Positions 48,586 to 61,824 of a stretch of DNA of 64,000 nucleotides are shown piece by piece. How positions within the stretch are numbered: the stretch's first letter is position 1; every line of letters starts with the position of its first letter. The stretch is taken from contig NC_134028.1 in assembly GCF_964204645.1 (NCBI RefSeq), forward strand, positions 10,292,001 to 10,356,000, given 5' to 3'. A program made the translations under genes and the position numbers. The stretch comes from Tubulanus polymorphus (taxonomy: Eukaryota; Animalia; Nemertea). The notes below the pieces were generated by a model. That model did no database searches. It had not been told where the DNA came from and was given only the letters and a program-made list of their open reading frames with translations.

Positions 48586-49498
48586 ATGTCACAGAAATCT
48601 TATAAGAATAGTATTGATATTGAAAAAACCTTAGATGATTTGGGCATTAGTGATAATAAGGATATTCCAACCAAAATTGAAAATAATATTGATTATAATA
48701 TTGATTATGAATACTATTTAACAAGTAAGCATCATCATGAGTTATTAATTGCTGGTGGAAAATCTAAGGAATTCTTAAATAGAATTATAACTTTTCAAGA
48801 ACTAGATGCCATGAAACCAGATAAAGTAATCAAACATTTCAAAATATATGAAGAAGCTAGATTAGCTAAAATAAATGATTCTATAAGTGATGGTATTATA
48901 AAATGTCACTCTAAATTATGTAACCGAGTAATACCAATTGATGATGAAAATAAACTATATAGTGATTTAAAAAATGACTACTTAGTTATGACAGAACTAC
49001 AAAAATGGGTTGGATACGCATCATTCCAATTAGGCGGAATAATGACATTAATTTCTACTGGAGTTATAACATTTTCTAACATTAAACCTATAGTATGTAA
49101 AGATAATAAAGCAGAAGATATTGAATCAGAACAAAAATTAACTAAAATAAATTAGTGATGATATAAAGAAGAAACCTAGATCCGAAAAACAAATTAAATG
49201 GGCTAGGGAGTTGGGTAAAAGATCTTCAGAATTAAAAAGAGCTAAGAAAAAGAAATTAACTGATATAAATGAATCACAGAAATTATCTGTTATTGATTCG
49301 AATGATAATCCATCTGATTCTTCTAATGCTGGAAGTAATAATAAATTATATATTACAATTGGATTAGTAACAGTTATTATATTCTCCGGTGTAATATATA
49401 AATATAAGTATAAATCTGATGATAAACCTATTATACCAGAAAATAAGTCAAATGATAAAGTCATTGAAACTAAATCAAGATTATTATTAATGGATTAA
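48586..49498 (+). CDS. Conserved hypothetical protein (48586-49155) followed by the small basic TM protein (start codon mutated)
   Basis: Homologues of 24371-25280. Confidence 0.7.
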
Positions 49499-49504
49499 AA
49501 TAAG

Positions 49505-50533
49505 ATGAAAAAGGAACAATATTTAAGAGATTTATATCATAACCCAGAGAGTGAAGTATCATATTCTAGTGTTTCAGAATTATGGGATAAAATTAAATCT
49601 GATAATGAAAATATAAAATATAGTGAATTAAGATTAAGGTTACAAAATCAACCAACATATCAAATCCATAAGAAAATGGATAAAAACTATTTAACAAGAA
49701 AAGTAATGGTTTCATATATCGATCAACAATGGCAAGCAGATTTGATTGACATGAAGAACTTAGAGGAATACAATAAAGGATATTTCTGGATACTGAATAA
49801 TATAGATATATTCAGCAGATACGCATGGTCAATTCCAATCGAAAATAAAACTGGTATAGAAGTTACCAATGCTTTTAAATCAATATTTAAAGAAGCTATT
49901 CCAGGTAAGATACAATTTGATGAAGGTAAGGAATTTTATAATAAACATTTTAAAAAACTATTATCTGATAACGATGTAGAATATTTTTCAACGCACTCGA
50001 AATATTTTACTGCTAATGAAACATATAAATATATCGATGTGTTAGATGATTTAGTGAAAGGTTATAATAATTCTAAACATAGTTCTATAAATATGAAACC
50101 TATAAAAGCTAGAAAAGAAGATAATTCAGAAATAGTTTGGAATAATTTATATGGAGCGTTTGTTACACATGATTTTGGTGAACCTAAATTTAAGATAGGA
50201 CAACATGTAAGAATACCTAAATATCGAAAAACATTTTATAAAGGTTATACTCCAAATTTTACTGAAGAAATATTTAAAATTAAAAAGATAATATTAACTA
50301 AACCATTTGTATATAAATTAGAAGATTTAAAAAATGAAGAAATATTAGGTTGTTTCTATGAACAAGAATTATCACTTGTACCAAACCCGGATGAAATAGA
50401 ATACAAAATAGAAAAAGTATTGAAAACAAAAACGTTGCGTGGTAAGAAATATTCTTTGGTGAAATATAAAGGGTATGATGATAAATCTAATGAATGGATT
50501 TTATCTAGTAAAATTAAAAGAATAAATGAATAA
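49505..50533 (+). pseudogene. int: rve integrase-chromodomain; open frame but catalytic Glu helix deleted
   Basis: 342 aa. FSTHS joins KYFT directly, lacking the ...IIERFNKTLKTRMW segment present in B. Confidence 0.9.
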
Positions 50534-51139
50534 AGATTTATTTATATTTGAACCGCATAATATGTTGCTTACTGGAGTAACCAACTGTGGTAAAACACAT
50601 TTTATATTATATTTATTAGAAACTATTTATAAGAATCATTTTGATAATATAATATTATTCTGCCCTACTTATGAAATGAATAAAACATATAATAGAGATG
50701 TAGTTAAGATTTAAGAAAGTTTATTATATTAAATCCTAAAACAGTGAAAGAAAATTTAGATAATTGTATTAAAATAGCAATCGATATTTATAAAGGATCA
50801 AATACATTATTCATTGTGGATGATTGTGCTAATTTACATGATTCAAAAGTTAGAGAAAGTGAATTATGCTATTTAGCTTTCTCTGGGAGACATTTTGGGA
50901 TAACAACATGGGTTTTAAATAAAAAATATAATTCAATTGTGAAAGATTTTAGAGAAAACATTAGATTTTTAGTTTTATTCTACAATAAAGATAGAAAATC
51001 AATCCAACAATCATTGGAAGAAAATCAAATTATACCTACTGAATTACATGATGAATATATGAATAAATTAAAGAATAATAAAGGTTCCAAATTACTTCTG
51101 AGGCTTCAATTTCCTCATGAATATGAATTTATAAAATAA
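50526..51139 (+). pseudogene. A32/FtsK-like packaging ATPase (one frameshift)
   Basis: GVTNCGKT, FIVDDC and SGRHFGIT. Confidence 0.9.
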
Positions 51140-51415
51140 GGCATTTAAAGCATTTATGTATTAGATACGTTTTAGATACGTATTAGATACATAAATGCTT
51201 AAAACCCACTTTTTGAAATATGTATTATTTATTTTAATTTTTCAACTAATATATTTTATTTTTTCAACTAAGTTTGAAAATAATAAAGGTTATTTAGATT
51301 AATACATATTAGATACATAAATACTTAAATACGTATCAGATACGTATAAGGTACCTAAATGCTTAAAACCCCCTTTTTTATTAACTATTATTTTATACCA
51401 TTCTCAACTAATATA

Positions 51416-52098
51416 TTATGTGAATGTGAGATAATTAACATCATTTTCATCATCATCCTCTAATTCATCATCAGACTCTAACAATCTATTAAACCTTTCT
51501 ACCGGATCATCATAAGTTTCTTCATTATAATCCTTCTTCAACCTATCTACTGCATCATCAATAGTTACTACTTCATGTTTTGTCCAATCTGTATCTATAT
51601 AATCTTCATTATCTGTATCTATATCCTCTTTCTTAGTGTTTGACCTAAATATTTTTTTCACAATGTTTGATCCTAATATTTTATTAGCGTCAGTTAAATC
51701 TAATTTATCATTACTAGGTTCCTTAGATTAAAATCCACCTAATGATACTTTTTTATTTGTAATAAACTTTGTTACATGTCTAAATGGGTTTTCTATAAAT
51801 TCTCTTAAACCAACACGTTTTATAGCATTAGTAATATGTACAACTGTGTTCGTATGGTTATTCCAATTTGATGGGCTGTTACATTATCAGATGTAGAAGG
51901 TAAAACATTATTATCAATTTCATTACTTAAATTATCAACAACTTCACTTTTATTATTATCTATTAGTTTAGTTTTATAATTTTTGAAAATAGGATCAAAT
52001 ATCAAAGCTATATTACAAGGTATTACATAATATAAGCCATCATTATTTTCATGTTTATCAATGTATGGAATATGTTTATATACTTTACCTGCCTCCAT
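51416..52098 (-). pseudogene. Variable accessory gene with acidic C-terminus
   Basis: ORFs 51820-52098 and 51416-51661. The N-terminus resembles 28222-28509 (ME.G..Y...YY.IP, V.PSTS). Confidence 0.5.
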
Positions 52099-52131
52099 TT
52101 ATTATATAACTTTTTTATTAAAACTAATATC

Positions 52132-53381
52132 TTAATACATAACACTATTGAATTGAGAATTAACAATATTTAATTGCGCGTCAAATATAATATAAATGTG
52201 CATTTTGAAATTTAAACTTCCTTTTTTCTTTTGTCATGAATAATTGTATCCCATCTTTTGTATTTTGTAATTTTTTCCCAGAACCATGTAATGAATTATC
52301 CTCTGTTGTTTTAAAATCTAACCATAGTGCATATTTATTACCGGTTAGTAAACAATTTGATTAATATTAGCATCTTCAGATGATTTTATTTTTTCATTCA
52401 TAAAATGTTTTCTAATTTCTGGCCACTGATCTATCATTCTCATTCCTTGACAGAATATTTCATTTGCTATGCCTTCGATAGTTATTTCTACTTTTGTTAT
52501 TTCAGGATTATAATAATTATCAACATTTATTGCACCATTAGAATATGTAGCAATTGTAAAAAATATTAATATACCTTTAATAGATCTTCTTGGGAAGTTG
52601 ATATTCTCGTTAATTATTTCATCATGTGCATTAATAGTTACAGTTTTAAATTTATCAATATAATCATATAATAATGAAAATCCTTGATTGTATTGAGTTT
52701 GAATTATAATTGAAATATTTTCATCAGTTACTGTGTCATATTCTATACATATATTGGATAATTTATAACCCATATCTTTAACAACGCTAGATAATACAAT
52801 TTCATTAACTGGAGCAAATGTTATCTCGAATATAATATCTTCTTGAATTGCATATTTATATAAAGGTGCATTATTATTTACTAACTCAAAATCTAATGGA
52901 ATTTTATATTTGCTTCCATAAATCTTTTTTATCACATTATCTGCAGTACGAGTTACTATTGCGTCATTAGCTCCTGATGTTAATTTATTATGGTTTTCTG
53001 ATGGGATGCCTTGAAATATCATATTATTTCTATTTTCTTTTCTTAACCATAAATCTTTATAATGTATAAATAAGTTATAATCATCTAATGAGAAAACTGT
53101 TTCTGGTCCAATATTTATAGTTATTTTTTTTAAATCAAATATCCTCCAACATTATCAACAACATAATTGTTGTCATGGTCAGTTACTTTTATATCAGCTG
53201 ATAAATAAATGCTAATTGGAACATAAAATTTATTTTGATTTAATCTCGGGATTCTAACATATAAAGTTTCATCGGGATTGATATTAGGAGGATTATGAGT
53301 AATTATATGATGAGATCTTTCTGCTTTAATAGCATTAGATATTCTAGAATTCTTAGAAGGACTTATATAACTCCCACTAAT
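52132..53381 (-). pseudogene. Major capsid protein
   Basis: Homologue of 28542-29781; start codon ATG mutated to ATT; frameshifts. Confidence 0.78.
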
Positions 53382-53397
53382 TTATTAAACAAAAAAA

Positions 53398-54854
53398 TTA
53401 AATATTTATTTTTGATCATATTCACTAACCCAAAAATAATAGCACTTACATCTGTAATTAAAAATAAAATAATGTGTTCAGCAGCAAAGTTAATAATATT
53501 TCCAGCAGATTTTAAAACAAAACTAACAATTGATGCTATACCTCCGGGTAAAGCTGCAGCAGATTTTTTAAATAGTTCCCATAGATATTTTGCTAATTTC
53601 TTTAATCCATCTTTCACTTTATCTTGTATAGAATTATTATTTCGTGGTTTATTCGGTTTATTGGGAGTAGGAGTAGATTTTAATGAATTTGAAATAGCTA
53701 AACCTATTGTTGTGAATACCATAGTTACAGCTGTTAGAATTGAACGAATTGTTATACCTTCTTACTTAAATAATAATTTTATTCTATCTTTTAATGATAT
53801 TTCAGAATTTGGTTTTATCAACAAATTTTTAAAAATAGCTTTTAATCTATTAATATTATAATCATGTGATTTTTTTAATAATTTAATTTGTTCTTTTGAA
53901 ATTCTATGTTATATTCTAAATCATCTTTTTCATTTTCTAAATATGCATTACTTTTTTTAAATTCAATTTCTTCAATAACTTTATTATCTCTATCTAATTT
54001 TAATTGTTCTATTTCTTTTATTTTATCAGTTCTATCTTTTTCTAAAGTTCTAATTTTAAAATCTCTTATACTTTTATCATGCGCAATTTTATCAGATGCA
54101 AGTCTTATACTAATAATTTATCTAATTGCTTTATCAGAAAATATATCTAATTCTTCTAATTCTTGATCTGTTGCATCAAGTAATCCATTTGGTAAAAGTT
54201 TTTCAGTTTGAACTCCTCTTGAATTAGGTTTACTTGTTTTGGAAGTTATATTCTGTTCAGAAGTTGTTTCTGGTTCTTAATTATTATTGATTAATTGATA
54301 AAATTTTTTTTAATTTTTTTCTTAAATACTGTTTCATTTATATTTATTTCTGCGTCAGTAACATTTTCTATTTCATTACTATTTTTTCTTCTTTTAATTC
54401 TAGATGGGTCTAACTTAAGCAAAGTTGACTCTGCTAATATTTTATCTTGATTTTTATAAATGATATTAATATAATAATCATCTTTCAAATGATAATAATA
54501 TTCACCATCTAAAGATTTTAATTCTTGTACTAAAAGTCTAGCACCTTTATTATTTATATTATATCCAGATCTTTCAAATATAGGTTGGAAATTATATATT
54601 AATTCATTATTTTCTAAATTTAGTTTTACTAAATCTGGATTTACATTTTCAGGATTTATTCTTGATTTAGTTTTTTTATCAAACTCGCCTGTTGAAGGGG
54701 CTTTAGAACCACTATTTGTTAAATTAGAATTATATGCTGTTTCATTATCATTATCAAGATTAGTTTCATCATCATTATAATCATCATCAATATATCCTTC
54801 ATTATCATTTCCCATTTCTCCCATTTCATAAGCTTCTCCACCTTCTACATCCAT
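53398..54854 (-). pseudogene. Large acidic/coiled-coil/TM protein
   Basis: C-terminus matches 29802-30250; N-terminus divergent. Confidence 0.65.
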
Positions 54855-54869
54855 TTATATCGTATAAAA

Positions 54870-56284
54870 ATTAAAATCTAAAATATAATATTCCTCCTAT
54901 TACAATTCCCATACAAGTTATGGCTAATTTAGTATTTTCATGGGATTTATCATCATTATTAGTTTTAATTATATCATGTTGAATAATATCAGTTTATATA
55001 TTTTCTGATGTATTGTAATCTTTTATTTTAGAATCATTATTTTATTTGATATTCTTAGTTTTAGTTTCTGTTGATTGAATATGTTTTTCATTTTTTTCAC
55101 CTTCCATTAATTTTGGAGCAGTAATAATCTTTTTATTTATATCATTTAATCCAAATGAATTATTTATTGTTGCAGTCGTAATTAAATTATTTTAACCAAT
55201 TATATTTCCCATCTTTAATATTAAATCATCAGAAATAATTAATAAATTAGGTCCAATACAATAATTTAATCTTACATGAGATTCATCTAAATAATTTTGG
55301 TACCTGACTTTATTTTCTGGAACCGATCTATTTTTATCATTATGAATTGAATCTTCAAATAAGACTTTGAATTGTTTTTTTTTGTATCAAATGATGTATT
55401 TAAATTTCCAACTATTGGGGATCTTGTTTCAACTTGAGCACCTAGAATACATATCAAATAAGTTCTAATTGATTGATTTATTCTTTGTATACCAGCTTTA
55501 GTAAAACCTTCACTATTTTTTAAAATGAAATTAATCCAACCATCATTATTTTGTTGTTGTTTGATATAAATATAATATTTTTTGCATTTCATTCCATTTA
55601 AACGTTTTTGAGTTAATATTTTTTATTGTTTTTCTATATTCTATAGTATAAGGGACAGCAAAACCTCCGATTGGAAATGTTGAATTATTCATTGCATCCA
55701 TAGCTTTCTCTACTTCAGATAAATCCCCCCTGTAATTGTTCCCATGTTTGATCTAAAATCAGAATTATTTATATTTATATTAAATTCATTACATATCTTA
55801 TGATTGATGAATTGATAATTTGATGAATTAATACTATTATCTAATTCTTTAAAATATCTAGATCCTGGTAAAGGACACTCTAATTCATTTAATATTAATC
55901 TTATTTGAAAGTTTGTATGAAATCTAAAGAGTGATAATATTAATGGTAAATTTGGTTCATTTAAATGATTATTCCAACTTATACCACACCCTGTTGGTGC
56001 ACAATAAACTGCAAAATTTATTGGTTTTGCCAGAATTGCATATTTGATTTTAACATCCATAATTTTGCTTTACTTAATTCTTTTTCAACATTAATTTCAT
56101 AAACATTGAATATATTTTCCAACTTTACATTAAAATTATTACTTTCAGTAACATAAATATCTAAATTAATTAATGAATTTAAAACTTCATTTCCATATGA
56201 AATATCTTTATTGAAATCTATTGCTGGAATATTATATTTAATTGATTTATTATATTGAAAAGCTTTTGGAAAACTATCTACCAT
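54870..56284 (-). pseudogene. NQLNFAVYCA family protein
   Basis: Fragments homologous to 31529-32836. Confidence 0.72.
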
Positions 56285-56300
56285 TTATATAATAAAAAAA

Positions 56301-57770
56301 TTAATAATTAACTAATTCTTTTAATAATTTGTCTTGTTCTTCAACTGTTATATTACCATTTAAACTTATTATATAATATAATGTATTTTTTAATTTACTA
56401 ATTTCTTTTATATTAGATTTTATTTTTTCTTTATTACTTTTTATATTTAATTTTGAACTTATTCCGGTTAAGACACTTGAACCTAAACCTAAAGCTCCAA
56501 TTGAGATAGCTAAAGGTGTTAATGGTGAGAATAATGCTAGAAATGTTATTTCAGAACTAATTGTAACTGAAACACTAATAATAAAATAGTATATAATTTT
56601 ACTTTTTAAATTTCTTTTTTCTTTTTAACTTTTAAATCATTTTCAAATTCTAATATTTGTTTTTCCAAATATAATTTTAATTTAGTTTTATTTATATCAT
56701 CAGGAATAATATCAATATTATCAACTTTATCATCCATTTATTTAGCAAAAAATTATATATAATTAATTAGTAAATTTATAAGCTTCAAATATAACAATAA
56801 CTGTTCCACCTTAAATCCAAATTATTTCATATTTCTGTTGTTCTTTACTTGGTGTATAATAATCTGATAATTTAGGTTTATATAGATGTAATTTTTCTTC
56901 ATTTGATACTGCATTATATAAACTCATAGCTTCATCAACTGATTGAAAATCTCTATGTGAAATCTTCTGATTATATAATTCTTTGTTAATATAATCTATA
57001 TTTTGTCTTTTTTCTCTACATTCTTCTCCTGCTTTATTATATTTCTCGAATGCTAAATTATGTCTTTTTTGTTCTGATAATGATCCATTTTTATCAATAT
57101 GCTTAAATAAATATCCACCACCTGTAAATGCTAAAGCGTTAACAATTGCTGTTCCTATAATAATTATAACTGCAGATGCCATTTATTTAGTAAAAAAATT
57201 ATGCATTTATATAGGAGGAATATATTTTTGTTTTTCTAAATAATCAATTCTTAAATTAGATAAAGTTACTGCTAACGTTAATTTTAAGATATCATTTATA
57301 TCAAATCTATCAACATTAATACTACCCATTTTAAATACTTTTTTTAATACCATTGTATAACCAACAGTTCCCACTGATAATAATGCTCCATTATATAAAC
57401 CAGTTATTATCCACTTATCATCACTCATTTATTAATCAAAAAAATCACCTTCAAAATATTAAGTTAACTTAGTTATAATTATTTCAACATTTATAATATT
57501 ATTAGTTTAATTTTTATATATTTCAGTTAATTTGTTTTTAATATCATCAATAATGAAATCTTCATCTAATTCATAAAATCTTAAAGACTCAGTAATCTTT
57601 TCTGCATTATAAGTTTCTTTATTTATTGTTGTTTCATACTCAAATGTTGTTTCATTAAAAAATGCAATATTTTTAATATGAATTATTACGTCATTAATGT
57701 TAAATTTCATTTCTTTCTCACGTTTAAAATCAAACCCAAAACATATAGTCGGTCCAACAGTTATATTCAT
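56301..57770 (-). pseudogene. Cluster of four small conserved genes (two-TM, 141-aa family, intact 73-aa 57207-57428, MNITVGP family)
   Basis: Same order as in A and B. Confidence 0.72.
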
Positions 57771-57785
57771 TTATATATCAAAAAA

Positions 57786-58330
57786 TTACTCTTTACATCT
57801 TATAACTAATGCATATATCACATGAAAGTTATTTAAACCAATTAAATATCCATTAGGATTTCTTATTTCTAATTTGAAATTATTAAATTGTGAAATACAA
57901 GGCTTGAAATCACACTCAGCTAAATTATAGTTAATTTGAGTTCCAAATTGTTTAACATTTTTAATGGCAGAATATTTAATATACTAGAATTACAAATTGT
58001 ATCTTTAGTTGCTTCAAATGTTTTTGTAGGATCAATTAAATTACAATAAACATAAAAATGTGTGTAAGGCATTAGGCATATAATCCTGGTTTTAAAAATA
58101 GATGATTAAATTTATTCTTACTCCTAATAAAGATTGTAAAAATTAAATGTTCTATCTAAAAAGTTTTATCTGATATATTATAAAAAGAATTACATAAACT
58201 TACATTTACTAATTTCAAATCAACACAATTTTTAAATTCTCTATCTTAATTTTACTAGTAAATTATGTGATTTATAATTTGTAAGTCTTCTAGAATCAAC
58301 AAATATTCTATATTCTTTTAATTCTACCAT
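57786..58330 (-). pseudogene. Minor capsid (penton-like) protein with internal deletion
   Basis: Both ends match 34330-35091. Confidence 0.7.
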
Positions 58331-58344
58331 TTATTTTACATATT

Positions 58345-59010
58345 TTATTCGAAATCTATTTCATGGTGCCCTTTTTCATTCTTACCCTTATATATGAGAT
58401 AGAAATCACCAGAACATAATTCTTCTAAATCCTCACTTGATAATCTATGAAATCTATCTGGTAAATATATTCTGAATTTATATGTATTTCCTTTTAATTC
58501 TCAATATTACTACTAATATTATTATTTGTAATATCTTTTATTCTGTATAGAAATGATTTGTTGTTCTCACTGTGTACTTGTTTACTACACTCAATTTTAA
58601 TATCAAATTTTTTATTAAAATTGATTTTAGAAGTAATTTAAGTATAAATATTCGCTGTTTTAAATATGAATTATTTCACTCGTTAATTACTCACACTTTT
58701 TATGTTTAAAAATAAGAATCTAACGCATATAAATATAAATATTTAATGTTTTAAATATGAATTATTTTACTCGTTAATACTCGTTACTTTTTATGTTAAA
58801 GATTATATTTTATCATTCGAAATCTATATTTGATCATATTTTCTAGATTATTCTGTTAACATTTTACTCTCACTTTTAAAACATGAATATTTTAAGAGTA
58901 ATAGGGATAATAGGGGTTCATATCAAAGGTTGAAGTGGCGAGTGAGTAAAATATTAAAATAAATTCGAGCTTGCGAGGATTTATTTTAATTTTTTACTCA
59001 CTCGACCGTT
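58345..59010 (-). repeat. Right inverted repeat of C, including a deleted copy of the small OB-like gene
   Basis: Reverse complement of ~41965-42738. The outer hairpin arm breaks at ~59010 with short local duplications (59011-59035). Confidence 0.85.
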
Positions 59011-59059
59011 TTTACTCACTTTACTCACTCGACCGAATTTAGAAAGTTAAAAATAAACT

Positions 59060-61760
59060 AAAATAAACTCCTTAGTCACTATTTACTAACAGCTATAGGG
59101 ATCACTTAGTTACCTTATTGCTATATTTTGTATTGTTCTAACTGTACAATAAATCTGTTTTTGAAAATGGCTCATAGAATTGAGTTGAAACCTTAAGCTA
59201 CAAGATAGTTTTTTCTTTTTATTGTGGGTTTTATCTACTATTGATATTGGACAGCCACTTGTCTATGGAAACCAACATGACACCCACGAACTTTGGACTT
59301 TTTCTACAATTTTTCTTCGTATTATATCCTGGACTTCTCACACATCTAAAGACAGAGTAAATTTCTTGAAGAACTGTCTGCAAGAAAAGGTAATACCAAG
59401 ATCGTTGAATTGGATAAGAAGAAGCTGTCCTGATGATCCTTTTCCAGAAGCAGCTACCACTCAACTAAAGCTATCCATTAAACAAGCCAAAGATGAATGT
59501 GATTACTATTTCTACAAGTTACGTATGGCTCGGAGAGATCTTAAAGGTAGAATACACGATGTTTTCATCTGGACATCACTCATGGGTGTACTATGTACAT
59601 GGGTATCACATGGGACTCAGTTCAAAAATTTCAAAGAAACAAAAAGATATCACATTATGAAGATCTACTCGCGCACCTCATCAAGAAAAAGCTATTGGAC
59701 CAAATTTAGCAACTCGGAAAATGTGATTAACTTATCCTCCACTAAATTGACAGAACATCAAATGCAAGTTTTAGGATATGGATTGAACTTCTCCATGCCT
59801 CACACGAAAAAAGATTTCTTTGACTTTATTTCTACTATGGACTATCTACCTGATAAAAGCATTGAACGGAACTTCATCTTTATGAACATTGGTGATATAT
59901 TCAACCATCTTTCTAATGATATTAATAATTATCTTCCCAGACGGCTTATAATAGCTATTAGTGAATTACAGAAATTAACTAATATTCGTATTTCTAAAGC
60001 TGATAAAGGCGGAAAAATAGTCATACAAGACGTTGTTACATATAAACAGAAAATGGAAACTTTACTCAGTGATTCCTCTATCTATAAAAAGACTTGATAA
60101 AAATCCTTTAAACCATTTTCAATCTACCTACAATCGCCAGCTTAATAACATCAGAGATCGATATCCCGATGTTAAAGACAAACTTTCTTAATTCATTTCG
60201 AAATTACCATCACTCCCTTATATTTATGGTTTACCTAAGATTCATATAGAAGGGACCCCTCTGAGACCCATTGTTTCTACACGGAACTCGCCGTCATATA
60301 AACTATCCAAATACCTTGCTAAACTATTATCACCATTACTCGGTACGTTTTCTGAATCACATCTTAAACATAGTGCTGATCTAATGGACAGACTTAAAGA
60401 TTATAATCCTCAGGGCTGTGAATTATTTCGTTTGATGCGAAATTACCTGATATTTCTAGCAGTTTTGATATGCCAGTTAATTGTATTTTTGAATTGATTG
60501 ACTTATGTGTCGGAAGTTCTTTCTTCCAATTTGATGAAACATTTTTCAAACAAATATATGGCATGAGTATGGGAAACCCACTTTCACCTATTTTATCCTG
60601 CCTTTTCCTTGAACATGTTGAATCGGAACTGCTCCCACTCTATAATGATATTTTACCACATTTTTGGTTTCGATATGTCGATGACATATTATGCCTTGTT
60701 AACGACAATTTTAACATCGATTCCTTCTTATATTATCTCAACTCCTTATATCCCAGTTTGAAATTCACATTTGAATTAGAAGTTGATGGAAAAATCCCTT
60801 TTCTTGATGTTCTAATCCACAATTGCCAAAACATGTTAAGATTTTCCGTCTATCGGAAGCCATCTCATGCTGAATCATATCTTCATTTCTTCTCATTTAC
60901 TGAATTAAATATCAAACTTGGAGTCGCTTCAAATCTGTTGATAGCCTATAAAACATGTAGTGATGAATTCTTGCACGATGAAATTAAACATATATTTGAA
61001 CCTTTGTCTAAATTAGCTTACCCTACACATTTTTTGAATCGTGCCCATAAGAAAGCTAGATTTAGATTTTTCGGTATTTCCAGAAATAATGAGGCTTCCT
61101 GTTCCCACAAGTTTGAAAAATGCTTAGTTGTCCCATATATTCCTTCCCTTAGTCGGTTTAAAAAACCTTTGAGTGTGATATTGGAGTAGTTTTCAAATAT
61201 AGTAATAAACTTATCAACAACTTAAGTTCCTATAAACCTAAAGATAATACTATTGACTGCCGAGTTTATGAAATACCTTGTGGTAAATGTGATAAATTCT
61301 ATATAGGTGAAACAGGACGATCATTGAATATACGTACAAAAGAAAACCAAAAAGACGTCGTAAATGCCAAACCACAGAGTGCTATTTTTTCACACACATT
61401 TGAAACTGGCCATATTTTTGACTTCTCCTCTAGCCAGTTGATATACCCTTGTTCTGATTTATATAAACGTCGAATCCTTGAGTCAGCTATTATTCTAAAA
61501 AAACTCTGACTTCACAGTCAATTCCAATTTAGGTTTCTCCCCCCAAAATAAACTCCTTAGTCACTATATACTAACAGCTATAGGGATCACTTAGTTACCT
61601 TGTTGCTATTTTTTGTATTGTTCTAACTGTACAATAAATCAGTTTTTGAAAATGGCTCATAGAATTGAGTTGAAACGTTAAGCTACAAGATAGTTTTTTC
61701 CTTTTATTGTGGGTTTTATCTACTATTGATATTGGACAGCCACTTGTCTATGGAAACCAA
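59060..61760 (+). mobile_element. Penelope-like retroelement copy 2 (RT + GIY-YIG), near full length, decayed
   Basis: ~216-bp direct pLTRs (59060-59275, 61545-61760); KADKGG, YGLPKIH..PLRPIV, GMSMGNPLSP, RYVDD, FLDV, VYRKP; VYEIPC..C..YIGETGR..R..E...H...R..LES. Confidence 0.93.
61641..61684 (+). ncRNA. Minimal hammerhead-ribozyme-like motif (non-canonical core) in Penelope pLTR
   Basis: AGTT-t-TTGAAAA-tGGCTCA(tagaat)TGAGTT-GAAACGTT-a-AGCT; further copies at ~59156-59199 and on the minus strand at ~22635-22678. Confidence 0.55.
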
Positions 61761-61824
61761 TAACTGCTGATGTTTAAAATATTAACATTTTGTTTTTAGA
61801 GCGAAAACGGAGACGCTTAACGTC

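Larger units (their letters stand above)
41929..59010. mobile_element. Polinton/Maverick-like endogenous virus C (~17 kb; right tip destroyed)
   Basis: Left end AGTAATAGGG at 41929 in Penelope RT; inverted copy at ~58345-59010; full gene set. Confidence 0.92.

Noticed and set aside
22598-61760. Penelope copies 1 and 2 as a single inverted-structure insertion
   Set aside because: Possible but unsupported: no shared TSD was found, the copies have different deletions, and copy 2 abuts the broken end of C, which itself interrupts copy 1.
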